IMG/VR virus record: IMGVR_UViG_3300047174_000111
Span: 1-64,000 of that record
DNA length: 64,000 nt
Strand: one strand, 5' to 3'
Source: a virus
The position numbers and the translations under genes were made by a program. Below, one piece after another: positions 7,508-19,116 of this stretch; positions within the stretch are counted from its first letter, which is position 1; every line of letters begins with the position of its first letter. The notes under the pieces are model-generated. The model saw only the letters and a list, made by a program, of their open reading frames with translations, had not been told where the DNA came from and did not search any database.

Positions 7508-8347
7508 TCACGGGACTGAGGGCTCAGCTGGCGCAGAAGGCGGCGTGCCGGTGGGCAGCATGCAGTCCAGGATCTGCTGAAACACATGGGCGCCAAGGCC
7601 GGCGGGAACGGATATCTCGACCTTGTGCGCATAAGGCGACATGATCCAATAACCGCTCCCGCTCGAACCGCTGAACACTGTCATGGATGGCTGCAACCAA
7701 CTCGACATCGAGGACATGCTTGTCGGCTGCATAACGTCCTGACCGAACGTGACAATGTCGTTTTCCGCCGATCTTGCGATTCCTTCGACCGTGACCGGAA
7801 GGCTGCGGTCGTCGTGATCGTATGATCGCACCGATGCGGTGTCGCTCTCAGGCAGATCGGCGGCGCCTTCGATTGTGACGATGTCGTGCCAGCCCTTTTC
7901 GTCTCGGTCCTGTCCTCGGGCGGTGCCAAAGGTTGCTTTGCCGTTGAGGTCTGGCGCATGTCCATTCGCCAGGCTGATCGGCGAATTTAGGTTGAGATTG
8001 ATCGCCTCGATGATTTTCCCGCCGCCGCGAGTCTCGGCGAACACGGACAGGAAATCTCCATAGCGCTCACACCTGAAATGGAAGGCGTCCACGTCCTTCT
8101 GGTGATCCGCCTGGAATTTCGCGAGACGGCCGGCCTGCTGCCTCACCACGAGCGGGACGAGTGCGCGCGCGTGCTCGGTGAGTTTGTCACGCCGCTGCTG
8201 TTCATCGGCCGCAGGCGTCGACACCGCACCCTGCGGTGGCAAATTGACAGGCTGGGCTGGCGCAGGCTGGCTTGGCCACCAGGCCGCGTCGGCCGCGCCG
8301 GCGGCGAACAACAGCGCGCCGCCCAGCGCAAAGATACGACCGTTCAT
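7508..8347 (-). CDS. Hypothetical secreted protein
   Basis: AGGAG RBS; signal-peptide-like N-terminus (MNGRIFALGGALLFAAGAADA). Confidence 0.65.
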   Translation of the reverse strand: MNGRIFALGGALLFAAGAADAAWWPSQPAPAQPVNLPPQGAVSTPAADEQQRRDKLTEHARALVPLVVRQQAGRLAKFQADHQKDVDAFHFRCERYGDFLSVFAETRGGGKIIEAINLNLNSPISLANGHAPDLNGKATFGTARGQDRDEKGWHDIVTIEGAADLPESDTASVRSYDHDDRSLPVTVEGIARSAENDIVTFGQDVMQPTSMSSMSSWLQPSMTVFSGSSGSGYWIMSPYAHKVEISVPAGLGAHVFQQILDCMLPTGTPPSAPAEPSVP

Positions 8348-9513
8348 GTCTTGTCTCCTTCTTGAGAGATTGGAGGTGAGGGCAGCGGCCTCCAATGCGT
8401 GACGTAGCGGTCAGACAGGTCTGGTTCGCTGTGGTCCCAGTTCATCCAGTCGTAGCCAATCTTCCATGATGCGATCTGGACTTCGCCATGCCACACGACC
8501 AGCAGTCGGCGCCCATCCTTCGGCGCGGTTGCGATCGGCTCACCTTCTTCAGTTCGCTGTCTGGGTCGTGCGTGTCGCGTTTCTTCCCGGCGCATCGGGG
8601 GCAGTAGGTGCGCGAAGACTGAAAAGGCCGGGTCAGCCAGCCATGGCGCATCGCGCGCTTCGCCAGCCCCTCAGGATCAAGTGGCTTGCCCGACGTGACT
8701 GTCATGTCGATCGACGACGGACAGGCGCGGCAGGTGAACCTCGCTACCGTGCGCTTGAAGCTGCCGTCTATGATCGTCGTGACCTGGAACCCCAGGTCGG
8801 TCTGCTTCATCAGACCAGATCCGGATCGTGCATCGGATGCGGCGGTGCGATGGCTGGGGCGAACCAATCCCAGCCGCGGCGGCACATTTCCTCCGGCTTG
8901 ACGGGATCGCGCTCGCCGACACAGATCCAATGCCCGTTCATCCATTGGGCCGCGCTCGGGCGGCAGCTCCGCTCGTGGCAGAGCCAGTGGTAGGCGTGCT
9001 TCTGCCAAGCCTTGGGCGGCTCGGTGCGCGGCTCGCGCGTCTTGTCCGTAGGGGGACGCCGCCTCGATCTCGATCCTGCCGCCGACTACATGCGGCGCGA
9101 CAACGAAGCGAAACCAAAGGTCGATTCGGCCGTTGTAGAGGATTGCCCCGACCGGGACATAGATGACCCGGGAGAACCGCCAGCCAGTGACGGCGCTGAG
9201 CGGCCGGATAATCTCGCAAGAGGGGTATCGCTCCATCCACGGAGTGGGATCGACACTCTCGTCCAAGATCACGCCGATTCGCTCGTCCAATTTCAAACCT
9301 CCTCGATGGCGCTGGGCATGTCGCGCCAGCTGATCCGTGACCGCGCGCCGCAGACCTCTCGTGCCAGTCGTACGCCGAGGCTCGACGCCGTAAGCGAGGC
9401 ATTGGCCATTCGCGCGAGGCGGTCCAGCTGCTCGGCGCGCTCGCGATCGCCGGTGCGCTGTGCCTGCGTCGCCGCGGCGGCCAGGGCGCGGTAATCCGCC
9501 TCGGTGACATGGA

Positions 9514-9927
9514 TCACCGGCACGCGGACTGCTCCGAACCCAGCGCGGCCCGCGTCGCCAGCATTCGAAGGCGCGTGCCGATCACCCTTGCGCTGGTCCG
9601 GTGGCCGAACCGCTCGGTGATCACCGACGCGATCTCGTGCCGCGGGAGGCGCTCGTTGTGCAGCGACAAGATCAGGTGGTCCTCGGACGGCGTGAAAAAG
9701 GACACCGGCTGACCCTTGCGCAGGTACGGCGCCCGGCCGCCGCGGTCGCCGACGGCGCGCAGATCGTGCGTCACCATGTAGCAATAGATCGTCGATGGAT
9801 GGCGCTGGAGGCGCATCGCGATCTGGCCGCACGTCCGCCGGCTCGCGCTCAGCTTGGCGATCAAATCGCGCTCCTCGGGTGTGAGGCGTCCGCTCTTGGT
9901 GGCGTAGCTGGGACGGCTCGAGCGCAT
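9514..9927 (-). CDS. Protein with tandem HTH-like repeats
   Basis: Two repeats, LTPEERDLI..IAMRLQR and FTPSEDHLI..IASVI. Confidence 0.5.
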   Translation of the reverse strand: MRSSRPSYATKSGRLTPEERDLIAKLSASRRTCGQIAMRLQRHPSTIYCYMVTHDLRAVGDRGGRAPYLRKGQPVSFFTPSEDHLILSLHNERLPRHEIASVITERFGHRTSARVIGTRLRMLATRAALGSEQSACR

Positions 9928-10197
9928 TTATTCACCTTCCTTCGGTGGCGGCTCAACATAGAGCGCAACGGGCACCTGCCAGCCGATGACGCGCAGCACG
10001 ATCTGGCCGCCCGCGTTCAGCATCTCCAGCTCCTGCGGTGTCGGTTCCCAGGCGCTCTCGCAGCACAGGCCGCCGTCCGCGTAGGGAAGAACGCGGATCG
10101 GCAGCGCGCCGCAGTCACCATGCACCTCGGGACGCCAGCCAACCGGTGCGCCGGGAGCAACGTTCCAGCCGGCGATTGCCTTCTTGATCATTCCCAA
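9928..10197 (-). CDS. Conserved phage hypothetical protein
   Basis: CGALPIR...SAWEPTPQELEMLNAGG motif. Confidence 0.55.
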   Translation of the reverse strand: MGMIKKAIAGWNVAPGAPVGWRPEVHGDCGALPIRVLPYADGGLCCESAWEPTPQELEMLNAGGQIVLRVIGWQVPVALYVEPPPKEGE

Positions 10198-10792
10198 CTT
10201 CCTTCTTCGTCAAGAAGGGTTCTGCACTCCGACGGCAAGCCCTGGCACCCGCAGATAGACGCCAACAAGCATTCGTCGCCGCTGTTGTGATAACCCTCAT
10301 GGTGTCCGCACGGGCACATGCGCGGGCCCTTCGGATAGCACCACGACGGCACGTACGGACCATCGTCTGGTGGGCCGTTGTAGCTGTCGCTGACGGGTCC
10401 GGGGGTCATTCCTCGCGCTCCTCTTTTACCTGCGCGCTGGCAACAAGCGCCCGCATTCGGTCGCCCATCCCCGCCAAGTGCTTGCGCATGTCGCGCGCGG
10501 GCAACTCGGCGATGCTGTCGATTTCGTGCGACAGGCGGAGGATAATGGCGCGGAGGTGGAACAGGGCGGATGCGGGGTCGGGCGGTGGTTTGGGGGTGCT
10601 CATGCCCTACGCTCCTGCTTCGCGGCCCGCGCGGCCTTGGCTTCCTCCTGCGACGGCGCCGGCAATCCCCGCCACCGGATCGCGCAATCCGCATGCTGCG
10701 TGCGCCACTTTCCGGTCGCCGTCGTGTGGCGCTCAAAATGGCCTTCGCCGGCCGCGACGGGTTCGCCGCAGCGGTAGCAGGTGCCGGGGTAT

Positions 10793-11347
10793 TTATTGCG
10801 CATCTTGCACGCCCTGATTAAGCGCCGCGTCGATTTTCGCGAGCGCCGTTTCATACTCCGTCAGCCACTCGTTATCATCGGGCTCGGCCGTCGAGCGAAC
10901 ACCCCCTACCGTCATGCTGTCAAAGCACACGTCGTAACAGTCCTTGAACACAACACGGACACCGGCGAGCACCCCACGCAACCGCTCATTCTCCTCCCGC
11001 AACCGCCAAGCTGGGAGAAAACACGCGGCATCGGTCTCGTCCTCGTCGGGTTCGTCTTCGACTTGCGTCTCGGCCTCGATAAGCGCTGGCGCTGGCCTCG
11101 CATAGACCCGCGGCCGCAGCATCTCGGCGCCCTTACGAGCGGTCTCTTCGTCGCACGGCCTGATCCCGAAGATCGCCGACCCTGCATAGTAGAGCACCTC
11201 GAAGCTGTCCGGCTCCGCGCCGGGAATCTCGATCTGCAGCATCGTCGCGCCGAACCGCTGCACCTCGCTGATCCGGCCGTAATGGGTGCGGTGACCCATG
11301 ATCTCGACGCGGCCCCACTGGTCCGAGGTCCCAGGTATGTCGGTCAT
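10793..11347 (-). CDS. Phage hypothetical protein
   Basis: GGAG RBS; VEIMGHR...G.ISEV.RFG motif common in phages. Confidence 0.6.
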   Translation of the reverse strand: MTDIPGTSDQWGRVEIMGHRTHYGRISEVQRFGATMLQIEIPGAEPDSFEVLYYAGSAIFGIRPCDEETARKGAEMLRPRVYARPAPALIEAETQVEDEPDEDETDAACFLPAWRLREENERLRGVLAGVRVVFKDCYDVCFDSMTVGGVRSTAEPDDNEWLTEYETALAKIDAALNQGVQDAQ

Positions 11348-12189
11348 TTTGTGACGCTCCTAATCGCTTAGGTCTTCCCCGATGCCCTCGTCGGTGGGAT
11401 TCGCGTCGAGTTCGGCGATGAGGCGGCCGGCGATCTCGATGGCCACGCGGAGGGTGTGCGCCTCCATCATGATCTGCGACGCCGTCATCTCCGAGATCTT
11501 GACGGACGGCATCAGCCGATCTTGAGCGGCGGCGAGCTGCGCGCGAAGACTGCCAGGTATCTGTTCGACCGCCGTTTGCAGCAGTTTCGCCTGCTGGGTG
11601 GCGGCGTCGGCATCGTTCAGAAGCTTGACGGCGATGGCGAGCGCCGAGGTCGCATACATCCCGTGTTGCATCAGATCGGAAACCGTCATTTCGGAGAAAC
11701 GCGGCGGTTTCATTTGGGCGAGAATTGCTTCCAGCCTCGCCCTGGGCTCCGTCGGGAGCGGATACAATGCGCCGGCATTTTCAGTCTCTGTCTCGCTCAT
11801 TCGTCCAATCTCCTCGGTCCGTCGGGCGGCCACATTCAAATGTGTTATTGCGTCGTGCGCAAGATAAGAATGACATTCAGTGCACATCACAGGCGGAGCG
11901 CGCCATGGCGGCGAACGACAACCACGGCCCGGTCAAGATCGAAGAGATAAGTTGCGAGTGCTGCGGCGCGCCGCTGGCCGACCGTGAGGGCGCGATCTTC
12001 GCTCTGCCCGGTGACGGGACGATCCAGGCTTGGTGCTCGCCCGGCTGCGCGGCGCAGCAGGGCAAGTGGCCATGGTCGAGTGCCGACCTAGTCACGCGCG
12101 CCTCGTGGCCGACGTCGTGACGCTCTACGTCGGGCGGTGGCGCGAACGGCCGCCGGATCGGCGCGGCCGGCGCCGCGCGGACCGTTGCA

Positions 12190-12477
12190 TCACGCTTTCG
12201 GGCCACACGTCATAGCCGGAGACGTTGGTGCAGCGTCCCCTGACACGCCGACGGCTGGTGCGGCGAGTCCTGAGTCCCGATCGGCCTGCGCGTCCAATGC
12301 GAGGCGATCCCAGGTGGCGCGACCCGCCTTGCGGCCCCGGCGGCGCGGGGGCGGCCATAGGCCATCCCGAACCTCCTCGTCGAAGGTCGTCTCGGAGACG
12401 CCGAGATAGCGCGCCGCCTCTTCCCGGCTCAGGTAGCGCAGCCAACCCGGGATCCATGTCGCGTCGGAACGCGTCAT
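12190..12477 (-). CDS. Excisionase/AlpA-like HTH protein
   Basis: LSREEAARYLGVSETTFD..V..G.WP. Confidence 0.7.
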   Translation of the reverse strand: MTRSDATWIPGWLRYLSREEAARYLGVSETTFDEEVRDGLWPPPRRRGRKAGRATWDRLALDAQADRDSGLAAPAVGVSGDAAPTSPAMTCGPKA

Positions 12478-12755
12478 CTCGGCCTGCTCAGCTCCTGATG
12501 ACACAGCTCCTGGGCACGCACGAGCTGTCCGCCGCTGAGCAGCGTGACGCGGCAATCCCGCGGCGCGATGCCGAGCTGGCCGGCGAGCGGGCCGAGCGTC
12601 CCGCTCCTGCATCCGACCCACGCATCACACGGGACGCAGATCCAGATCGCGTCGAACCGCTTGGTGGTATGGGCGCCAGGCTCCGGCTGATAGACCGCAG
12701 GGCGCCTGCAATACGGGCAGATCGGTCCGGTCGGCTCGGCAGGCATGTGGTTCAT
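12474..12755 (-). CDS. Zinc-finger protein (DUF3268-like)
   Basis: CPYC...IWIC.PCDAWVGC. Confidence 0.6.
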   Translation of the reverse strand: MNHMPAEPTGPICPYCRRPAVYQPEPGAHTTKRFDAIWICVPCDAWVGCRSGTLGPLAGQLGIAPRDCRVTLLSGGQLVRAQELCHQELSRPR

Positions 12756-13324
12756 CGGGTGTAGGGCTGCGGTGTGAGGTTGCCGGGCAGGTAGAGCGGA
12801 TGGCCCGGGATGCCGTCCTTGGTCAGCCGCAGAAAGGTCAAGGTCGCGCCGGCGCCGCGCAGCAGCTGTAAGATGCGCGTCGCCCGAGGCCGCAGCGGCT
12901 TCGGCGGAAGGCCGAACGCCAGCACCACGATTTTGGCGTAGCTCGCCATGTGCAGCATCGCCCTGTCGTTCTCGGGACCGACAGGGTCGGCGGCATCGAG
13001 GAGCTGCCTCGGATCGGTGGCCCGGTAGGCATGGACGTTGCCGATTAGCTGACCGCCATAGCCCCATCGGCGCGCGTAGGCGCCGGTCTTGATAAGCGTT
13101 GGGTCGGCATGGCCGATCGTCGCCACAGAGGGGTTCATCATGACGAACATCACGAACGGCCGGCTGCGATCCCAGATCTCGGCCAGTTCGTAGCGATACA
13201 GGCCGCAATCCGACATGATGGCCGAGATCTCAGAACCCTTCGGCCAGGGCGGCTTCGCCTTGCCGCCCGGATCGTGCGTCGCCTTTTCGAGCGCCAGAGT
13301 CGCTTGCGGGGCAGTCACAGCCAT
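12752..13324 (-). CDS. DUF1643-like protein
   Basis: SDCGLYRY, MMNPS.A...DPT, AYRATDP, PGHPLY motifs. Confidence 0.8.
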   Translation of the reverse strand: MAVTAPQATLALEKATHDPGGKAKPPWPKGSEISAIMSDCGLYRYELAEIWDRSRPFVMFVMMNPSVATIGHADPTLIKTGAYARRWGYGGQLIGNVHAYRATDPRQLLDAADPVGPENDRAMLHMASYAKIVVLAFGLPPKPLRPRATRILQLLRGAGATLTFLRLTKDGIPGHPLYLPGNLTPQPYTR

Positions 13325-14673
13325 ACCCCGAGGATGTGCGTTTCGTCGGCCGCGTTTCGTTCGATCCACGTCAGGCCCGGCGGAAGATGGCTTTCGGCCT
13401 CCTCCCTCGTGTCCGCGACGATTTGGAACAGAAGACCGCATTGGCCGTACATCGAATGCGGACGGATCACATATTTTTTCGGGAAGTCGCTGGGGTTTTC
13501 GTATAAGGTCCACAGCAGGATGTCGCCGAGCGCGCGCTGCCATCTGCAACGAGACGGCCTCGGCCCGATCCAGCGCGTTGGCCGCTTTCAAGGCCGCATC
13601 CATTTCCGGCGTCGGTTCTATCATGCGCCATGCACCGGTTCGTCGTTTGGAGCACGGGACCGCATCCCGTCGAGGCGGCGGCTCATCGACATGCTCATGC
13701 CCGTCGAGAAGCGCTGAAACAGCGCTACGGCGTCGCCGGACGACGGCGCGTTATCGACGATCACGTCGAGAAGCGTCTCGGACAGCGCACTGAGCGTGAC
13801 GAGCACGCTCTGACCGTCGACGCACTCTCGGAACGCGGCGCGAAGCTTATAAAACGCCTCCCGGTCCTCGTGTGCCTGGTCGGCCAGCGCCTGCTCGTGG
13901 CTTTGGCTCATAGATGCCTCCTTTTGGTGCGGGGCTTTGGGTCGGGTGATGCGGGTATGGCACGACCCTCCAGCTGCTTGTTGACCGCGACGACGAGGCT
14001 GGCCGAGCGCAGCGCCTGCCTCGCCAGTTCGGCGCGCGCCTTGGCCTGCTGGATCGAAATCTTGCCGCCGCGAAGCAGGATGAGGAAGATCGATCTTGAT
14101 CCGTATCCGTTCTCGGCCGTTCTGTGCGCCGGGACCGATCATGAATCCTCGGTCCCATACCCGATCTCGACAATGGTGCGCTTGCAGCCGTGATCGGTGA
14201 TCAGGCGGCGCACGATGTGTTGCGCCTGGTAATCTTCGATCGCACGAACCAGCCTGGGGCTGCAGTAGGCGTTCACCACCGCGTAGGCGAGCATGCGCTC
14301 CGCGCGCATCCTCTGCGCTTCGACCAGCTTGCACCCTCCGTAACCGCTGCGATCGAAATCGTTAACCGATGCGATGACGTGGCCATTTTCGTCGGTGAAA
14401 ATGGCCACGACGCCCTGAACCTTGCTCACGGCTGGCGTATCCACCGCGTCGTGAGCGAGGCGTCCGCGTGACGCGTCATCTCGCAGACGTACGTCGGAGT
14501 AATATCGCCGGGCTTTATTTCATCAAAAGCAGGGTGCAGCGCCATATATTCTATGCATCGCGGAAAATACAAAGACTCGGCTCGCACGACGATACAATCG
14601 CGCAGTATAGTCCTTACCAACTCCGGATCATCATAGACGAGCGAGTGATCAATCCGAAACCTGCCACAACGTA

Positions 14674-15156
14674 TCATGCCCGCTCTTCCTTCCATGTCCA
14701 GAACCCCTGCGCGCCGCCGGCCGGAACGAATGGCTGCAGCACCTCGATGTCGCTGAGCGGCCAGCCCCAGTTGCTGTGCTCGTCGCGCTCGCTGTCGTTG
14801 AGGTAATCGATGCCCAGCTGCGCGGCGAGTTCGGCGCCCTTGATTGGCTGGCCGAGAACCGCGGTGCAGAGCACGGAGGACAGCGGCAACGATTTCGGCG
14901 CCTGGATGAACTGCTCGACCAGCGGCAGCGCGATCTCGCGCACCAGCCCTGTCTCGCGCCAAAAGGGCGACTGCAGCTTGTAGATCAGTTCCTGCAGCTC
15001 CCCGCGCTTCACAGCCCTGGCGCCGGCGTGAATGGCGATGCGCCGCCCGCGCATGCTGCGTGGCGCCGCCCACTTGCGAAACTCGTAGGGTTTGGCCGCC
15101 GCGGCGATCAGCGACGCCCAGGGCTGCCAGATCGTGATGGCAGGGATCGCGGTCAT
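14674..15156 (-). CDS. ASCH-domain protein
   Basis: ITIWQPWASLI...K.YEFRKW...IAIHA, GAQGFW. Confidence 0.8.
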   Translation of the reverse strand: MTAIPAITIWQPWASLIAAAAKPYEFRKWAAPRSMRGRRIAIHAGARAVKRGELQELIYKLQSPFWRETGLVREIALPLVEQFIQAPKSLPLSSVLCTAVLGQPIKGAELAAQLGIDYLNDSERDEHSNWGWPLSDIEVLQPFVPAGGAQGFWTWKEERA

Positions 15157-15412
15157 CCAGCGATGACCCGATCAAGCGCGGCAAGGATGTCGTCGTATTT
15201 CTTCATCAGGCCGGCTTCGCCCGGACCGCTTAAATCCAATTTTCCCCCGAGCGAGACGCTGTCGACCAGAACGTCACGCGCCTCTGCGATCTGATTGCGC
15301 GCCAGAAAAATTGCGGCACGGAAACTGGCCATCTTGGCCTGCGCCATTGCCAGCAGTTCGGTCGATATCTCAAGATCGATGCGCAGCCGCTCGATTTCAT
15401 CGGCCGGCTGCG

Positions 15413-16096
15413 TCACGGCTGCACCTGAGGCAAATGCTTGACTGCGCTCAGGGTCGACTGCGCCAGCTCCGCCATGGCTTCCGGACCTTCCTGTTCGGCG
15501 ATCCGCTGTAACTCCAACACACCAGTGCTCATGCTGTGCATCGCCTCGGCGCGGGTCGCTGTCCGACCCTCGCGATACCAGAGCACCTCGGTCGGCTCCT
15601 GCATGCGAAACAGCATTCCGTCTGGGCCTCCCGTGCGGGGCGCGCGCGCAATGACGAACCCTCGGGTCACATAGAGCACGGCCACGCCGGGATTACGGTC
15701 GATGGGTATTCCGGCAGGCTGGACGATTGAAGACGGCAGGCCGGTTTCGCGACGCGCCATGTGCGGGCGCGTCAGGAACGGGCAGGCACGGGCCGCGTAT
15801 TCGGCGCACTCACGGTGCGACGGCGGCTCCGAGCTGATCCGGTTGACCACACACATCGGCCCGACGACGAAGGCCTGGTATCGGCCGCGCTCCTCGCCGC
15901 AGATCCAGCAACGCGACCTGCGGATCGCCTCGGTCACCGCGCCGTGGCGGATCACCCGGAAATCGGGCACGCCTTCGATCCAAGCGACGAACCACGGGAC
16001 CGGATAGCCTCTCGCGCTGAGCGGGAGCCGCGCGATGCGGGGCGGCCTAGTGATGTGCCGGATGCTCGCATGAAGGCCAGGGTTTTGCTCACTCAT
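15413..16096 (-). CDS. Conserved phage hypothetical protein (Cys/His motifs)
   Basis: RGYPVPWFV, CWICGE, EPPSHRECAEYA..ACPFL. Confidence 0.65.
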   Translation of the reverse strand: MSEQNPGLHASIRHITRPPRIARLPLSARGYPVPWFVAWIEGVPDFRVIRHGAVTEAIRRSRCWICGEERGRYQAFVVGPMCVVNRISSEPPSHRECAEYAARACPFLTRPHMARRETGLPSSIVQPAGIPIDRNPGVAVLYVTRGFVIARAPRTGGPDGMLFRMQEPTEVLWYREGRTATRAEAMHSMSTGVLELQRIAEQEGPEAMAELAQSTLSAVKHLPQVQP

Positions 16097-16793
16097 CGAG
16101 GCATGCCCAGGTCATGATCAACCAACCGACGGAGACCACGACGGGTGAAGCGAGAAATATGACGCCCGCGACCCACAAAAGCCTGTCGCGGCCGGTCAAT
16201 GCGCTCAGCACGATCATCCAGGTCGCGACGGCGCCGGTCGCCCAGAAGCAGAACGCGGCTCCCAATGCGTGGTCAAAAAGCATGCACGGTCCGGTCATCA
16301 CTGCGTCCCGATCGGCGCGAAGCACCTGACGATGGGATAATCCTCGTCGAGCACCCATACCATTGTCAGGGCGGCCGGCGTGACACGCGTGGTCTCCGCG
16401 GCTTCAGGAATGGGAAGCCACTCGCCATCAGCGTAACCATTGGAGACGGTGCCGGCATGCCACGCCGTCTTGTTGAACAGGAGCCACCACTGTCCGTCGT
16501 GCCATTGAAGCTGCGACATCGGAACGGGTCGTCCATCCGCCGTAGAACAGCAGATCTCGTCCCTCTGGTTGCGCATTCTCAGAATCTGCTGGTCGAGTCC
16601 TGCCATGACCAAGGCGTCGGGACTCCCTGCCGGCGGCGGCGCAGCGGACGCGGGCGAATGCAGGAAGCCGATCATCATGAGAGCAGCGGCGATGCGGGCG
16701 GCGTGGATCATCTGAACTACCATGCAAATAATCGGGAAGGGCATCGCTTGCCGCCCGTCCCGGGCCAGTCTCAGCCGGCCGGCGTTGTCCAGA

Positions 16794-17771
16794 TCAGCGG
16801 GTCGCTGGCGCTTCCGCGGAGAAGAGCGGCGTCGACGTCGCGAGCAATATCGCGGTGCACTGGTCGCGGAACGCGTTCTCGAACGCGATCTGCAGCTGGA
16901 AGACCTGGAAGAACCACTTGATTTGAGATTCGATCTTCCGATAGCGAAGACGGACCAGCAGCTTGAACCATTCGCCGCCGTCGAAGATCGGCATGGCCAG
17001 CACGAAGCCGGTCGGCACCGTCAGCTCCGTCTTCTCCATGGTGTGTTCTTGCTGGTAGCTGATCTGGACCTCGCCGGTGTTGATGTTCACCGCGTTCACG
17101 ATCCGCTCATCGCTCTTCAGCGAGAGGCCGCGCGAGACGGTCAGCATCTCGTTCGGTCCGGCCAGCCGCAGTCCGAGCAGGGTCACGGCGGACAGCATCT
17201 GCGTGTCAGACGACGGATCGATGACGGCAGGATCGACGATGTCCGTGGCGTTGTCTTCCAGGAACCGGGCGAAGTCGCCCTGGGACATCGGCTTCCCGTC
17301 CTGTTCGGTCCACGTCTTGTACTGGCGGCTCTTGGGGAATGCGAACGAGGCTCGGAATCTGCCCCAGCGCGGCGAGATAGCGCTGGTCATCTTCGGCAAG
17401 GCGTCCGCGGTGAAATCCTCATCGACGTGGAGCGGGTCGTGGTAGTCGAACACCGCCGTCATTTTCATCGTGGCCGGATCGGCGAAGATCACGGTGCGAT
17501 CGCCCTCCTTGTAGCGGTTCACGAAGGCGACGAACGAAGCGACGGTCTTCGTGACGACCTCGCCTGTCCGCGCCACGGGCGTCGGCCGCGTCGCGATGAG
17601 CTTGTCGGTCAGGTCGGTCAGAATGACGTCTTTGCCGTGCGCCACCAGGAGGCGCTCGCCGAGTTCGAGATCCAGAGGCGCGTCGACCTTGATGATGTTC
17701 GGCGTGTTCGCCTTGTCGGCGAGCACGACGATGTCGTGGATCGAAGGATCCTTGATTGTATCGCTGGGCAT
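16794..17771 (-). CDS. DUF2303 (YfdQ-like) protein
   Basis: SFVAFVNRY, AVFDYH, MSQ.DFA.FLEDN, RLRYR. Confidence 0.8.
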   Translation of the reverse strand: MPSDTIKDPSIHDIVVLADKANTPNIIKVDAPLDLELGERLLVAHGKDVILTDLTDKLIATRPTPVARTGEVVTKTVASFVAFVNRYKEGDRTVIFADPATMKMTAVFDYHDPLHVDEDFTADALPKMTSAISPRWGRFRASFAFPKSRQYKTWTEQDGKPMSQGDFARFLEDNATDIVDPAVIDPSSDTQMLSAVTLLGLRLAGPNEMLTVSRGLSLKSDERIVNAVNINTGEVQISYQQEHTMEKTELTVPTGFVLAMPIFDGGEWFKLLVRLRYRKIESQIKWFFQVFQLQIAFENAFRDQCTAILLATSTPLFSAEAPATR

Positions 17772-18175
17772 TAGCGTTTGTCCTCATTGACGGAACGGAA
17801 AACAGGCGTGTCGACCTCGACGCTGCGGAGCGGCAACAGGTGCTGGCGCGGATCCATTGGCGTAAGGTATTTGCCAGCCGCTACATGCAACAGGCTCGCT
17901 CGCCGGCGCGGCGGTGGGAGCTTGGTTTTCAGGTTGCCGTTGATCTCCACGACCCCATTGATGGCCTTGAACACGATCGTCAGCGTCATGGTGGCCTTCA
18001 TCGGCTGCTCGCGCTGCAGCGCCTCGTTGGCCAGCATGACGATCTCCTCCAGCGTGTTGGAGGCATCGATGTTGAGCTGCCCTTCCTCCAGTCCCGCGAC
18101 GAGGTTCGTGAAGGTGCGCAGGTAGGACCGCTCGATGGCGGCCGACACAGGCGCTTCGGATGAAGCAATGTTCAA
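17771..18175 (-). CDS. DUF2303 partner protein
   Basis: Adjacent to DUF2303; TLTI.F...KLP...DPRQ motif. Confidence 0.6.
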   Translation of the reverse strand: MNIASSEAPVSAAIERSYLRTFTNLVAGLEEGQLNIDASNTLEEIVMLANEALQREQPMKATMTLTIVFKAINGVVEINGNLKTKLPPPRRRASLLHVAAGKYLTPMDPRQHLLPLRSVEVDTPVFRSVNEDKR

Positions 18176-18218
18176 GGCGGACTCTCCGGTGTGGGGTTAA
18201 GCGACGAAAGGTTCTGCT

Positions 18219-18713
18219 TCAGAACGGTATTGCGTCATCTAGGTCGCTGGCGTTGCTGGCGCTTGGCTCCCAGCCTGCGGGGTGCTTTGCCGCGGCGTGA
18301 CTGCGAGCTGGCGCCGCGGTTTCGCGCGTCGTGGGCTCGCGGCCTCCTGCGTCGCGATCGGTCCGGTCGCCCAGCAGCAGAACCGTCGATTTGAATGGGC
18401 CGACCACCACTTCCGTCGAGTAGCGCTCAATGCCCTGCTGGTCGGTCCATTTCCGGGTCTGCAGCGTTCCCTCGACCAGCAGATGGGACCCCTTGCGCAC
18501 GTATTTTTCGACCACGCCGGCGAGAACGGAGTTGAACACGACGACCCGGTGCCACTCGGTTCGTTCCTTGCGCTCCCCGGAGGCACGGTCGTTCCAGCTC
18601 TCGCTCGTCGCGAGGGAGAAGTTCGCAATCGTGTCGCCGGACTGCGTGTTTCGTATCTCGGGATCCCGGCCGACGTGGCCGATCAGGATGACCCGGTTCA
18701 TGCATCCGCTCAT
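18219..18713 (-). CDS. ssb: Single-stranded DNA-binding protein
   Basis: NRVILIGHVGRDPE, TEWHRVV, LQTRKW, C-terminal DDAIPF. Confidence 0.97.
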   Translation of the reverse strand: MSGCMNRVILIGHVGRDPEIRNTQSGDTIANFSLATSESWNDRASGERKERTEWHRVVVFNSVLAGVVEKYVRKGSHLLVEGTLQTRKWTDQQGIERYSTEVVVGPFKSTVLLLGDRTDRDAGGREPTTRETAAPARSHAAAKHPAGWEPSASNASDLDDAIPF

Positions 18714-19116
18714 CGATAGCTGCTCCGCTCAACGCGCTGGTTTGCTTCCATCGTCTGGACCGACCGCGCGAAGCTCTTCACGGCCTCCCATTGCGCCCTG
18801 GCCCGCGCGGCGAGGCGCTCCGCTTCGACCGTGGCGCGAACGTGCTCCGCATAGGTGTCGGAGCATTCCGCGACCTGCTGCGCCTGGATTCGGCTCAGGT
18901 CCGGATCACGCCCCTGCGCCTCGATCGTCAGCTTGGCGAGCAACGGCTTGAGCGTGGCGCGGAGCAGCTCAGCCGCCGCGTTGCGGTCAGCGAATTCCTC
19001 GCCAATCGTGCGCGTCTGATGCGCCAGGATGTCCGCGTCGAACCGGCCCGCGCGGTCGCGGCCGAACCGCTTTTCGTGCGGCTGAGCATCCATCTCCGCC
19101 TGGCTCAGCTGCCCCG